From the NCBI GenBank assembly GCA_044868145.1, contig JBIOWE010000006.1, positions 78,558 to 142,557 of the forward strand: a stretch of 64,000 nucleotides of DNA, given 5' to 3'. A program made the position numbers and the translations under genes. Source of the stretch: Patescibacteria group bacterium. Lineage in GTDB: Bacteria; Patescibacteriota; Patescibacteriia; UBA10025; JBIOWE01. Below are positions 33,706 to 43,928 of the stretch, piece by piece (positions within the stretch are counted from its first letter, which is position 1; the number at the start of each line of letters is the position of its first letter). The notes beneath the pieces were generated by a model. That model saw nothing but the letters and a program-made list of their open reading frames with translations, ran no database searches and was not told the DNA's origin.

Positions 33706-33870
33706 TTATTTAAGAAAGATATACTGTATGCTTGCCAGGATTACTGACCCTAGTCGGCCCTGGCTTGGAGAGGGGCGCGTATACTCCATATTTATACGCC
33801 GTTTGACGGGACCTAGGGGTCCGCGAGAATAGCCGGATGGCCATTAAGGCATCCGGCGTTTATTTACAGT
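33706..33870 (+). ncRNA. candidate small structured RNA (unclassified)
   Basis: TTGACA-15-TATACT promoter at 33706-33732, followed by about 140 nt with at least four stable hairpins (GCCAGG/CCTGGC, GCGTATA/TATACGC, GGACC/GGTCC, CCGGATG/CATCCGG) and a U-rich tail; no ORF. Confidence 0.3.
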
Positions 33871-33884
33871 AAACAACCAGTAGG

Positions 33885-33911
33885 TCGGGGCCTGGCCCCG
33901 ACCTACGATAT
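33885..33911. terminator. perfect 13-bp-arm palindrome (GTAGGTCGGGGCC t GGCCCCGACCTAC), likely bidirectional terminator after thrS
   Basis: Read from sequence, 5 nt from the thrS stop. Confidence 0.55.
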
Positions 33912-33915
33912 TTTA

Positions 33916-35688
33916 TTATTTCTTCTTCTCGATTTCTTCTTTTACTGTGTCGGTAAACTTTTTGGTTGTAAAGGGTTTCGTATCTTTTGAACCGCGCATG
34001 CGCACGGCGAGCTGCTTGCTTTTCATTTCTTTGTCGCCAATCACGAGAATGTACGGTACTTTCTGCTGTTCGGCCTTGCGGATGCGATAGGACACGGTTT
34101 CGTTCGCGGTGTCCGCTTCGGCACGGATACCCTCGTCCTTCATTTGTTGCGCTAATTTTTCGGCATACTTCTCATGCGCCTTGCCCACACTCACAAGCTT
34201 CACTTGCACAGGTGAGAGCCAGACAGGAAGATTGCCAGCCGTGTGTTCGAGCAGAATACCAATGAAGCGTTCGAATGAACCGTAGATGGCACGGTGGATG
34301 ATGACTGGTCTTGCTTTGCTGCCATGCTCGTCGGTGTAATGGAGATCGAATCGCTCCGGCAACTGAAAGTCCAGCTGAATTGTGGCGACCTGCCATTCAC
34401 GGTTCAAGCTGTCCTTGATGACGATATCTACCTTTGGTCCGTAAAAAGCGCCTTCGCCTTTGCTGACTTTATACTCCAGCTTGTTGTTGTTCAGTGCTGT
34501 CGAAAGCACTTCTTCAGCTTTTTTCCAGTCTGATGCTTCGCCGAGGTGTCCTGCTGGCATTGTGGACAGCGTGAACGATGGTTTGAGCCCGAATACTTTG
34601 TACGTGGCGGTAACGAGCTTGAGAACGCCGGAAATTTCTTGCACGGCCTGGTCAAATCTGCAATAGATATGGGCGTCGTCCATGGTGATCTGTCGAACCC
34701 GGAATAAACCACCAAGCGCCCCGCTTACTTCGTTGCGATGCAATCGTCCGATTTCCGACAGCCGAAGTGGCAGGTCGCGATAGCTTCGCAGTTTACTCGC
34801 GTAGATGTATGTAGAATCTGGGCAGTTCATTGGCTTCACGCTATATGTCTCATCCCCTTGTTTTACGATGAACATATTGTCACGATAGTGTTGCCAATGG
34901 CCCGATTTTTCCCACAACTCCTTTTTGTTCAAAATAGGCGTTGAAGTTTCTTGATACCCGGCCTTTGCGTGCTCTTCACGCCAAAATTTTTCCAGTTCTT
35001 TAAAAATAATCATACCGTTCGGATGCCAGAACGGCGCGCCAGGAGCAACGGAATGAAAGCTAAAAAGATCAAGATCCACGCCGAGCTTGCGGTGATCTCG
35101 CTTCGTGACTTCTTCCATATATTTGAGGTAATCTTCAAGCTCCTGCTTTGTCGCAAACGCCACGCCATAGATACGGGTGAGCATCTTGTTTTTTTCGCTC
35201 CCGCGCCAGTACGCGCCTGCGACCCGCGTAAGCTTGAACGCGTTTGAGTCAATCTGTTGTGTATTGTCCACGTGGCCTCCTGCGCATAGATCCATAAACG
35301 AGCCGGTCGCGTAAACACTGACATGATCTTTCCCTGCGCGTTGCGTGCCGCTTTGTATTTCGCCATAGTCGGTTGTGCCTTTTTCTTTGAGATCACGAAT
35401 CAGTTCGAGCTTGAATGGTTGATCGTGAAAGAGCTCGCGCGCTTCGTCGATGGTTTTTTCCTGCCCAGCAAAACCGAGTCCTTGCTTCATGAGCCGACGC
35501 ATTTCCTTTTCAATTGCCGGTAAGTCCTCGGCGCTCAGAGGTTTTGGCAAGTCAAAATCGTAGTAAAACCCGTTTTCAATGGCAGGGCCAATGCCGAGCT
35601 TTACACCCGTATAGAATTTGAGCACGGCCGCGGCAAGTACATGCGCCAGCGAATGACGAATATGTTCAATTGGTATTGTCGTTTTCAT
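33916..35688 (-). CDS. thrS: threonine--tRNA ligase
   Basis: 590 aa; class II motifs; conserved ThrRS catalytic and anticodon-binding domains (no N-terminal TGS extension). Confidence 0.95.
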   Translation of the reverse strand: MKTTIPIEHIRHSLAHVLAAAVLKFYTGVKLGIGPAIENGFYYDFDLPKPLSAEDLPAIEKEMRRLMKQGLGFAGQEKTIDEARELFHDQPFKLELIRDLKEKGTTDYGEIQSGTQRAGKDHVSVYATGSFMDLCAGGHVDNTQQIDSNAFKLTRVAGAYWRGSEKNKMLTRIYGVAFATKQELEDYLKYMEEVTKRDHRKLGVDLDLFSFHSVAPGAPFWHPNGMIIFKELEKFWREEHAKAGYQETSTPILNKKELWEKSGHWQHYRDNMFIVKQGDETYSVKPMNCPDSTYIYASKLRSYRDLPLRLSEIGRLHRNEVSGALGGLFRVRQITMDDAHIYCRFDQAVQEISGVLKLVTATYKVFGLKPSFTLSTMPAGHLGEASDWKKAEEVLSTALNNNKLEYKVSKGEGAFYGPKVDIVIKDSLNREWQVATIQLDFQLPERFDLHYTDEHGSKARPVIIHRAIYGSFERFIGILLEHTAGNLPVWLSPVQVKLVSVGKAHEKYAEKLAQQMKDEGIRAEADTANETVSYRIRKAEQQKVPYILVIGDKEMKSKQLAVRMRGSKDTKPFTTKKFTDTVKEEIEKKK

Positions 35689-36845
35689 TGCGAAAGAATG
35701 GTTTTGATTTCAATATGGTCGCTTAATGAAGGTGCGCGAGATACCCAAAACGGTGAAAAGTGAATGTCCACGGCTGAGACTTCGTCAAAGTCGGCGTAGA
35801 ACGTTTTGATCTCTTCGGTATTCAGTCCTTTAAGGCGCGCTTTTTCAAATAGAGCCGCCGTTTGCCCGGGAGTTTTCTTTCCTTCAAGGGTTACAAGTAA
35901 GGTGGCTGTTTGCTCATTTGCATTATACTCCTTTATCGAATAGTTGACTGCGGTTGAGGTGTTAAGCAGTTGTTCATCTTGGCGGATTTCCGCTTTGACG
36001 GTTTCCACACCTCGCGCCATAAGGTCGTCTCTATTCACGACGCAGGCAACCACCTTTGCGGTCAGCTCCATGGTAAAGTCTTGGGTTTCCTCGTTCGGCT
36101 CCGCGGACGATGTTTGTTTGATAACCTCGACCGTCATTGAAGCGAGCGGGATATCGACGGTTTGTCCTTGTCGCTTGAGCGCTGTTTCGATTTGCTCTTT
36201 TGCTTCTTTTTTGATTGACGATTCAAGCGTATCAGCCGCTGTTTTTAGATCGAGCGCCGTGATCACATGGGCGTTTTTTGTTCCGCCGGTCATGGCAGTA
36301 GACGATTCCGCAAATATTTTATCTTGAATGCCTGGCCAAAGCCCGGGGATCGTAAAACGGCTTGGCCCAATGTCTCCTTGTTTACCTTTTTGGTCCGCGT
36401 AGACGGCAATATTCTCCACCTTAGCACCCGCTGGGACAACTACATAGTTTTCAATGTGGAAGAGAACACCGTCGGACGAGAGTAGGCGAGTGGTCGCGGC
36501 GAGTTGCTGGTCTTGGGACCAGTTGTTGTAGATTGTCACAACACCTTCTGCTTGACCATCAATGGCAATCGCTTCCGAGGATGGGGTAAACGTTTCTGAT
36601 TGTGTGAGTTGTACTTGCTCAATTGATCCAGCCAGAACGGCATCGCGTTCGTCATCAGCCGGATTCTTTTTTACCTGAACGTCAAACGATGAAGTTACTG
36701 CCTTTGGTTTTATGGTGAGGGTAATGGTCGTTTTGGAAAAAGAAAAATACGCGATAAAGCCTAGCACAAAAACCGTGAGAATCGCAAATGCGACCACGAT
36801 TTTCTTATATGCGCTCGAGGTCGTGGTTTTTCCTATGCGATTCAT
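35685..36845 (-). CDS. hypothetical N-terminally anchored extracytoplasmic protein, translationally coupled between dnaE and thrS
   Basis: 386 aa; TM at residues about 15-37; overlaps the dnaE stop and thrS start by 4 nt each. Confidence 0.6.
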   Translation of the reverse strand: MNRIGKTTTSSAYKKIVVAFAILTVFVLGFIAYFSFSKTTITLTIKPKAVTSSFDVQVKKNPADDERDAVLAGSIEQVQLTQSETFTPSSEAIAIDGQAEGVVTIYNNWSQDQQLAATTRLLSSDGVLFHIENYVVVPAGAKVENIAVYADQKGKQGDIGPSRFTIPGLWPGIQDKIFAESSTAMTGGTKNAHVITALDLKTAADTLESSIKKEAKEQIETALKRQGQTVDIPLASMTVEVIKQTSSAEPNEETQDFTMELTAKVVACVVNRDDLMARGVETVKAEIRQDEQLLNTSTAVNYSIKEYNANEQTATLLVTLEGKKTPGQTAALFEKARLKGLNTEEIKTFYADFDEVSAVDIHFSPFWVSRAPSLSDHIEIKTILSQ

Positions 36846-39800
36846 ACTGATCTTCCATTCGACGCAAGCAGACTTTCTTCGCCAAGCAGTTTTTTTACCG
36901 ACTGGATGCAGGCTTCATCGATGGAGAAATTTGTGGCAATCAACCTCGAAGACTGATCTCTATCAATTTTGAGGCGTACTTTGTATGGACCGGGATGCTC
37001 CACGAACATGGCTTTGAGCCTTGCCATAAGGTCCTGCCCGACGTTTTCCCGCAGGTGCACGGTTATGGTGTTTGTCACGTCGGTTTGTTGATGCGTTCGC
37101 ATCGTTTGTAAATCAAGTGGCCGAGCAGCGTTGGCAATGACTTTTATTTCGCCGTCTTTGTCGGATAATTTTCCCTCGATAATGACGAGGGCGTCTTCCA
37201 GCCACAGCGACGGATTTTCTTTCAGGATGCTTGGAAAAACAAGCACTTCAATCCTGCTTGAGGTGTCTTCCAATTTCACAAAGAGCATTGGCTCGTTCGA
37301 TCGAGTAATAATCCGTTGGATTTGTGTGATAATGCCAGCGATCTTCAGAGGTCTCATCGTACCGGCCTGATGCCGAATTTCGGCAATGGGAGTCACGGTT
37401 TGTTTCAGAGCCTCTGCGTATTCTTGGAGCGGATGGTCGGAAATATACAACCCGAGATATTCTTTCTCCCAGCGCAGCATTTCGAATTTGGATGCCGGAT
37501 CGGTCTGCCGCAATTTTAGTCGCGGCGCATGGGACACCGGCGTGTGCGCAAACAAGCTGACTTGGTTGCTATCCACCGCTTTTTGCGAGTTTTTTACATG
37601 GGCGAGCAACACGTCCAGATTTTCGAGTAATTCATTTTGCTCGCCAAACTGGGCAAGCGCACCGGATTTGATCAAGCTCTCGAGCGATTTTTTGTTCATG
37701 TCCTTGGATTTGATACGCGTGAGAAAATCCTCAAGACTGTTGTATGGACCGTTTGCTTTTCGTTCCCGAATAATTTCTTTTGCGATGTTCGTACCGATGT
37801 TTTTGATTGCCATCAAGCCAAAGCGAATCGTATTGACCGGTATTTTCTTTTCCTGATCAAACACCGAGGTAAATGTTGAAAAGCTCTCATTAATGTCTGG
37901 CGGAAGGACTCGGATGCCCATGTCCTCGCATTCGTTTACCTCGATGGCGATGCGATCCATGTCTCCGTAATCCGAGGTGAGGAGGGAGGCCATGAATTCA
38001 TTCGGGTAATTCGCTTTGAAATAGGCGGTTTGATAGGCGATCAGTGCGTAACAGGCAGCGTGAGCCCTGTTGAATCCGTAGCGTGCGAATGGTTCGATGA
38101 ATTTGAAAATCTTTTCCGCCGTCGTTCTCGGTATTTTATTTTTGACGCATCCATCGATGAACTTATCTTTTTGTTCTTTGAGCAATTTCGCAATTTTTTT
38201 ACCAACCGCCTTACGCAGCACGTCGGCCTCCGCATAGGTGAATCCCGCAAGTTCACGCGCGATTTCCATGATTTGCTCTTGGTACACAATGACGCCGTAC
38301 GTTTTTTCGAGTATTGGTTTCAGCGCGGGGTGCACATAACTCATCTCCCGTCTTTTATGCTTGCCTGCGATGAAGTCCGGGATGAATTCCATTGGGCCTG
38401 GGCGATACAGGGAAACCATGGCGATAATGTCTTCGAGGGACGTGGGTTTGAGTTGGCTCAAATATCGCTTCATGCCTGACGATTCGAGTTGAAACACGCC
38501 AGTTGTTTTTCCTGCTTGGAGCAGCGCAAACGTGCGCTCGTCGTTCAACGAAATCGTGTCGATATCTATTTTTTTGCCGTGGGTTTTTTCGATTATTTCG
38601 ATAGTGTTTTCAAGAATCGTCAGGTTTTTTAATCCGAGAAAGTCCATTTTCAAAAGACCCAGATCTTCGATTGCGTGAAGCGAATATTGCGTAATGATGA
38701 TCCGCTCGTCCTGCGCGGCGTATTGTACCGGAACGTATTCGTCCAGCGGTTTTTGCGTAATCACAACACCGCACGCATGCGTTGATGCGTGGCGAACGAC
38801 GCCTTCGAGTTTTTTCGCCTGATCGAGCAATTTTCGTCCGTTGGCATCATGTTCGTAAATTTCTTTCATCTCCGGTATCGTTGCGAGCGCCTTGTCCAGC
38901 GTCGTGAACATAGGGATGAGCTTCGCTATTTTGTCGCAATAGGCATACGGATAGTCCAATACTCGGCCGACATCGCGCACGACGACGCGCGCCGCCATCG
39001 TGCCAAATGTAATGATCTGCGCTACGTGGTCTTTGCCGTATTTTTCTTCGACGTAACGGATTACCTCGTCCCGTCGCGTGTCAGTGAAGTCCAAGTCAAT
39101 GTCAGGCATTGAGATACGATCCGGATTCAAAAACCGTTCAAACAGCAAGTCATACTGAATCGGATCTATATTTGTGATATTCAGGAGGTACGACACGATG
39201 CTGCCGGCTGCAGAGCCGCGTCCCGGGCCAACAACAATGTTCCGGGTTTTTGCCCAGGCCACAAAATCGTGGACGATGAGAAAATATGGGGCAAAACCCG
39301 TGCGCTCGATAACGCTTAATTCATAGGCGAGGCGCTCTTGGAGCTGTTCATCTCTTGCTTTGCCGGGATATCGCTTCGATAGCCCCTTTTCGCACAGTTC
39401 TTGCAAGTAAGCATCGGCACTTTTGCCGTTGGGCACGGTAAAATGGGGGAGGGTTAGTTTGCCGAGTTCAATTTCAACGGTGCAACGTTCAGCAATTTTG
39501 ACGGAATTTTCAAGCGCTTCCGGGTGTTCGTGAAAGAGTCGAGCCATTTCGTCGGGTGTTCGGAGGGAAAAATTCTCGCCCAAGTAAGACATTCGGTCCT
39601 TATCGCTTTTTTTGCGTTTCGTTTGCAAACAGAGAAGAATGTCTTGCGCTTCTGCGTCTTCCTCTTCCAGGTAGTGGACATCGTTTGTTGCAACCAACGG
39701 GATGCCAAGCTTTTTACTCATGATCGCCAATTGTTGGTTGATTTCCATTTGATGCGGCACGCTTGGGTGATGCTGCATCTCGAGATAAAAATTGTCCTTC

Positions 39801-40300
39801 CCGAAAATTTCTTGATAGCGCAGTGCGGCTTGCTCCGCTTTATCTGCGTTGCCCGCGATAATCGCTTGGGCGATTTCGCCTTGTAGGCATGCGGACGTCG
39901 CGATGATTCCTTCAGCGTGCTTGGCGAGGAATTCGTGGTCGACGCGCGGCCGATAATAATAACCCCGAAGATGGGCGGCAGTTGTTATTTTAATCAGATT
40001 CTGATAGCCTGTAAGATTTTTCGCGAGCAAGATGATGTGATACGGACGATCGTCAACTCTTGCCCGCTTCATTTCCATGCCATTTCGCGCAAGGTACGCT
40101 TCGCAACCAATTATCGGTTTGATCCCGGCTTTTTTCGCCTTTTGATAAAATTCAATAGCGCCGTGCATCACACCGTGATCGGTGAGTGCAACGGCCTTCA
40201 TGTTTTTCCGTGCGACGTTTTCGATCAGCCGATCGATGGTTGGCAGACCGTCCAACAAACTGTAGTGGCTATGGACATGGAGATGGACAAAACCCTTCAT
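36842..40300 (-). CDS. dnaE: DNA polymerase III alpha subunit
   Basis: PHP domain FVHLHVHSHYSLLDG, polymerase core, OB fold; ATG at 40300 (MKGFVHLHVHS) preferred over TTG 40381. Confidence 0.93.
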   Translation of the reverse strand: MKGFVHLHVHSHYSLLDGLPTIDRLIENVARKNMKAVALTDHGVMHGAIEFYQKAKKAGIKPIIGCEAYLARNGMEMKRARVDDRPYHIILLAKNLTGYQNLIKITTAAHLRGYYYRPRVDHEFLAKHAEGIIATSACLQGEIAQAIIAGNADKAEQAALRYQEIFGKDNFYLEMQHHPSVPHQMEINQQLAIMSKKLGIPLVATNDVHYLEEEDAEAQDILLCLQTKRKKSDKDRMSYLGENFSLRTPDEMARLFHEHPEALENSVKIAERCTVEIELGKLTLPHFTVPNGKSADAYLQELCEKGLSKRYPGKARDEQLQERLAYELSVIERTGFAPYFLIVHDFVAWAKTRNIVVGPGRGSAAGSIVSYLLNITNIDPIQYDLLFERFLNPDRISMPDIDLDFTDTRRDEVIRYVEEKYGKDHVAQIITFGTMAARVVVRDVGRVLDYPYAYCDKIAKLIPMFTTLDKALATIPEMKEIYEHDANGRKLLDQAKKLEGVVRHASTHACGVVITQKPLDEYVPVQYAAQDERIIITQYSLHAIEDLGLLKMDFLGLKNLTILENTIEIIEKTHGKKIDIDTISLNDERTFALLQAGKTTGVFQLESSGMKRYLSQLKPTSLEDIIAMVSLYRPGPMEFIPDFIAGKHKRREMSYVHPALKPILEKTYGVIVYQEQIMEIARELAGFTYAEADVLRKAVGKKIAKLLKEQKDKFIDGCVKNKIPRTTAEKIFKFIEPFARYGFNRAHAACYALIAYQTAYFKANYPNEFMASLLTSDYGDMDRIAIEVNECEDMGIRVLPPDINESFSTFTSVFDQEKKIPVNTIRFGLMAIKNIGTNIAKEIIRERKANGPYNSLEDFLTRIKSKDMNKKSLESLIKSGALAQFGEQNELLENLDVLLAHVKNSQKAVDSNQVSLFAHTPVSHAPRLKLRQTDPASKFEMLRWEKEYLGLYISDHPLQEYAEALKQTVTPIAEIRHQAGTMRPLKIAGIITQIQRIITRSNEPMLFVKLEDTSSRIEVLVFPSILKENPSLWLEDALVIIEGKLSDKDGEIKVIANAARPLDLQTMRTHQQTDVTNTITVHLRENVGQDLMARLKAMFVEHPGPYKVRLKIDRDQSSRLIATNFSIDEACIQSVKKLLGEESLLASNGRSV

Positions 40301-40313
40301 TGGTGGATACAAA

Positions 40314-40643
40314 TCATGAGCGCGCTTTTTTTTGGTTTTGCACGGATTGTTTTTTTTCTTTGCGCTTCTTGAAAAATTCAAACAAATCCGTGATGCCTTT
40401 CATCACAAGCGGCAGGTAGGTGGCCGAATGTTTGATTTTTTCTTCAATGGAAAGGAAGAGCGCTTCTAATCGTTTTAATTGGTCTTTCAAGGAAGCCATG
40501 AACTCACGCACGTCATTGACCACCTCATTCATTCTTTTGAGCATCATGACAATGTAATAGAGCGCCCACGCGAAAAAAAAGGTCAGTATTATAATGGCGC
40601 CAGCAATGACGAGAAAAAGCACGTCTTTTGTGGTTTCTATCAT
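40314..40643 (-). CDS. small membrane protein with coiled-coil C-terminus, upstream of dnaE
   Basis: 109 aa; one TM helix then charged helical region; RBS AAGGAA. Confidence 0.45.
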   Translation of the reverse strand: MIETTKDVLFLVIAGAIIILTFFFAWALYYIVMMLKRMNEVVNDVREFMASLKDQLKRLEALFLSIEEKIKHSATYLPLVMKGITDLFEFFKKRKEKKQSVQNQKKARS

Positions 40644-40706
40644 AAAAAGAAATTCCTTGCGATTTCGCGGCTCAGCGAAACCGATTTAGTTATAAAAATC
40701 GATTTT

Positions 40707-40734
40707 ATTATACCACAAGCTCGTGGGTCCGCAA
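40707..40734 (-). promoter_or_regulatory. minus-strand promoter TTGCGG-16-TGgTATAAT (extended -10) for the dnaE operon
   Basis: Reverse complement of 40707-40734 reads TTGCGGacccacgagcttgTGGTATAAT. Confidence 0.55.
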
Positions 40735-40792
40735 AATCTTATTGAATGAAACGCGTGCCTTGTGATATGATAAGGGCAAATACTTTGATTGT

Positions 40793-41617
40793 ATGGCTGA
40801 CGGAAAGGACATTTGGCTCAAAGTGAACTATTGGCGGCTCGCCCACGCAAAGGAGTTGATGCGATGGTGGGTCATAGTTTTTTTGGCGATTGACGTTTTT
40901 GTTGTTGTGTTCGCTGCCACAAATGTGGGTGTGTATCTTTTGACGTCTCGGCGAAACGCAGCGTTGATTCTCTCGATACGCGATGATCACGTTGCATATC
41001 AGCAGCTGCGGAATCAGCTGGCTCCGCAGCAGTTGCAGGTGGGCAACGCGCAAGTGCTGGCTTCCGGACCCGGCACATACGACATCTTGACGCGCATTGA
41101 GAATCCTAACACCCAGTGGGCCGCCTCGAAGGTTGGATACACCGTCAGCGTTGACGGCGCACAAGTCGCGGAGGGCGACACCTATGCACTTGCCGGACGC
41201 ACCGCGTACGTTCCGATATTCGCCGTGCAGTCAAAAAGTAAACCAAACTCCGTGCAGTTCGCTATTACGAATATTACATGGCAACGGGTGACGAGCGGCG
41301 TCAGCGCGATACTCGACGATTTCAAAGTGCGGGACGCAGCTTATGTTACTCACGCGATATCAACGGGCGGGACTTCTGGTTCGGTTACCGCCACCGTACG
41401 CAACCAAGGCGTGCACAGTTTTTGGCGGGCTCGTTTCGTTGTTTTACTTTTGAACGGTTCGACGATCGTTGGCGTGCGACAGGTGTACATTGAACAATTT
41501 CGTTCGTTGGCCGATCGTCCGTTAAACGTTGTTTGGACGTCCGCGCCCTCTGGCGCTTCGCAGGTGCAAATCATTCCCGACGTGAATGTGCTGGACAAGG
41601 AGAATTTCATGGAATGA
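40793..41617 (+). CDS. hypothetical N-terminally anchored protein
   Basis: 274 aa; TM near the N-terminus; stop overlaps the SEDS gene start (ATGA). Confidence 0.5.
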   Translation: MADGKDIWLKVNYWRLAHAKELMRWWVIVFLAIDVFVVVFAATNVGVYLLTSRRNAALILSIRDDHVAYQQLRNQLAPQQLQVGNAQVLASGPGTYDILTRIENPNTQWAASKVGYTVSVDGAQVAEGDTYALAGRTAYVPIFAVQSKSKPNSVQFAITNITWQRVTSGVSAILDDFKVRDAAYVTHAISTGGTSGSVTATVRNQGVHSFWRARFVVLLLNGSTIVGVRQVYIEQFRSLADRPLNVVWTSAPSGASQVQIIPDVNVLDKENFME

Positions 41618-42729
41618 CCCTGCCTTTCACTTATCTCAGAAAAATCGATTGGATTTTGATTGGATGTACCCTCTTGCTCCTCGCGGTAAGTCTTATCACT
41701 CTTTTTAGTGTGGCGCAGGCGCAAGAGACACCGGATTTTTCCACGTTCACCAAGCAGCTCATCGTGGTTGGGGTCGGTTTATTGTTGCTTTTTGGAGTGA
41801 GCATGGTGAATTATCAAGTATTCCAAACGTTTGGATACTTTTTTTATGGCCTGGGCTTGGTATTTCTGCTTGCGGTACTTTTCTTTGGAACGGAAATCCG
41901 CGGGACCCAAGGTTGGTTTTTTTTGTTTAGCGATCTCGGCATACAGCCCGTCGAGTTTGCGAAGCTTGCCCTGATTATTGTGTTGGCAAAAGTATTTGCG
42001 CAATGGGACGGACTACAGCATCCTCTAAAACCGGTCATTGTGGGCGCCGGACTGACGGCTGTGTATATTTTCCTCGTACTCTTTCAACCTGATTTTGGTT
42101 CCGCCCTTATTTTGTTAATTACGTTTCTTGGCATGCTTTTTTTGACGAACATTAAGAAACGCACGATTTTTCTTGTCCTGGTCGGTTTGGTCATTCTCGG
42201 AACGCTCGGCGCCCTGTTCTTTTTGCAGGATTTTCAGAAAGAACGCATATTAACGTTTTTAGAGCCCAGTCGCGATCCGTATGGAAGCGGATACAATTTG
42301 CAGCAGTCAATTATCGCTATTGGTTCAGGCCAGATCTTTGGTCGCGGTCTCGGCCTTGGGTCGCAAAGCCGACTTAATTTTTTACCTTCCCAGCAAACAG
42401 ACTTTATTTTTGCCGTTATCGCGGAGGCATTCGGTTTGATCGGCGTGTTACTGATTTTGATTCTTTTTGGCGTGCTTGCTTTTCGAGTTGTTCGAGCGGC
42501 GCGGTTCGGCAGGGACGATTTCGGCGTCTATGTGACGAGCGGATTTCTTATTATGATCCTTTCTCAAACCATCATTAACATTGGCGGAAACCTTGGTTTG
42601 CTGCCCATCACGGGGCTGCCGCTGCCTTTCGTCAGCGCAGGCGGGAGTTCGCTCTTGGTCAGCCTGATTGGCCTTGGGATTGTGCAGAGTGTCTTTTCCA
42701 GGCGTGTGAGCATTCACCCAACGGTATAA
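41614..42729 (+). CDS. SEDS-family peptidoglycan glycosyltransferase (FtsW/RodA/SpoVE)
   Basis: 371 aa from ATG 41614; 10-TM topology and conserved FtsW/RodA motifs (QPVEFAKL, GSG.NLQQS, LPFVSAGGSS). Confidence 0.88.
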   Translation: MTLPFTYLRKIDWILIGCTLLLLAVSLITLFSVAQAQETPDFSTFTKQLIVVGVGLLLLFGVSMVNYQVFQTFGYFFYGLGLVFLLAVLFFGTEIRGTQGWFFLFSDLGIQPVEFAKLALIIVLAKVFAQWDGLQHPLKPVIVGAGLTAVYIFLVLFQPDFGSALILLITFLGMLFLTNIKKRTIFLVLVGLVILGTLGALFFLQDFQKERILTFLEPSRDPYGSGYNLQQSIIAIGSGQIFGRGLGLGSQSRLNFLPSQQTDFIFAVIAEAFGLIGVLLILILFGVLAFRVVRAARFGRDDFGVYVTSGFLIMILSQTIINIGGNLGLLPITGLPLPFVSAGGSSLLVSLIGLGIVQSVFSRRVSIHPTV

Positions 42730-42733
42730 GGGC

Positions 42734-42763
42734 TTGACAACACGCACGATTTTCATGTATACT
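42734..42763 (+). promoter_or_regulatory. promoter TTGACA-18-TATACT
   Basis: Read from sequence. Confidence 0.5.
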
Positions 42764-42795
42764 ATACGCAGGATGAACATTTTATTCGTGCATCA

Positions 42796-43128
42796 ATGAT
42801 CGCACCAAGAGGACAATCGTGGAACCGGTTTTCGCTTGACGGTTTGCGCATTATTTCCTATTGCCCGCTATGCAATGCGCATTTTAGTCCGTTTGATGCA
42901 AATGTTGTGGAAGAAGAAGGAGACTCGCATCTTATTCATATTATTTGTCGACGATGCTCGAGCTCCATTTTGATGCTCGTCTTGACCGGTGAGCTGGGGG
43001 TAAGCACCGTGGGCCTCGTGACTGATCTATCCGCCGACGAAATCTTTCGCTTGAAAGACGATGAATCAGTGAGGGTGGACGACGTCCTGGCGGTCCACGA
43101 ATATTTGCGTCAGCCCGTGCTAACATAG
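42796..43128 (+). CDS. hypothetical zinc-ribbon protein (CPLC...CRRC)
   Basis: 110 aa; Cys pairs 23/26 and 52/55. Confidence 0.4.
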   Translation: MIAPRGQSWNRFSLDGLRIISYCPLCNAHFSPFDANVVEEEGDSHLIHIICRRCSSSILMLVLTGELGVSTVGLVTDLSADEIFRLKDDESVRVDDVLAVHEYLRQPVLT

Positions 43129-43163
43129 CAGAGGACACAACCAGGGAGGCCTGATCTATTTTT

Positions 43164-43892
43164 TTGTTTATAAAACGGATGAAACTTCAGTTGCAAGCAC
43201 AAACTCGTAAGGCAAAAGGCAAACAGCTTGCCAAATTTCGAAAAGCCGGCACCGTTCCTGCGGTACTGTATGGTCATGGCATGAAATCCGTGTCGCTTGC
43301 CGTCGCGTATAGCCCATTTGAAAAAGTGTACCGTGAAGCCGGCGGCAGCAGCCTTATCGACATTGAGGTAGATAACGGTAAACCCGTCAAAGCCTTAATC
43401 CAGGACGTACAACGCGATCCGCTTTCCGGAAAGTTCCTCCATGTCGATTTTCACGCAGTACGAATGACCGAGAAAATCAATACCGAAGTAGTACTTAAAT
43501 TTACCGGTGAATCAAAAGCAGTGAAGGAGCTTGGAGGTATTTTGGTAAAAAATCTTGATGAGGTGAAAGTTTCGTGCCTGCCTAGCGATCTTGTTCATGA
43601 AATTGAAATTGACATTTCGCGCCTCACAACATTCGAAGATCAAATTCGTATTCGTGATTTGCGTGTACCCACCGGCATTGAGATTAAGGAAAAGCCCGAG
43701 GAAGTTGTGGTGCTTGTCCAGCCGCCTCGAACGGAAGAGGAACTGAAAGAACTTGAACAAACGGTGGTTGAAGACGTGCAGCAAGTTGAGAAGGTAGAGA
43801 AGGAAAAGAAGGAGGAGGAAGCCGAAGAAACTGCGGAAGAGGTGCCTAAGCAAGAAGAAAAGAAAGACGCTAAGGCGTCCGGCGCAAAGTGA
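43164..43892 (+). CDS. rplY: 50S ribosomal protein L25 / general stress protein Ctc form with acidic-basic C-terminal tail
   Basis: LQAQTRKAKGKQLAKFRKAGTVPAVLYGHG...; C-terminal E/K-rich extension. Confidence 0.85.
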   Translation: MFIKRMKLQLQAQTRKAKGKQLAKFRKAGTVPAVLYGHGMKSVSLAVAYSPFEKVYREAGGSSLIDIEVDNGKPVKALIQDVQRDPLSGKFLHVDFHAVRMTEKINTEVVLKFTGESKAVKELGGILVKNLDEVKVSCLPSDLVHEIEIDISRLTTFEDQIRIRDLRVPTGIEIKEKPEEVVVLVQPPRTEEELKELEQTVVEDVQQVEKVEKEKKEEEAEETAEEVPKQEEKKDAKASGAK

Positions 43893-43928
43893 TCCATCCT
43901 TGCTTCATGTCTCATTCTTCATGACGAT

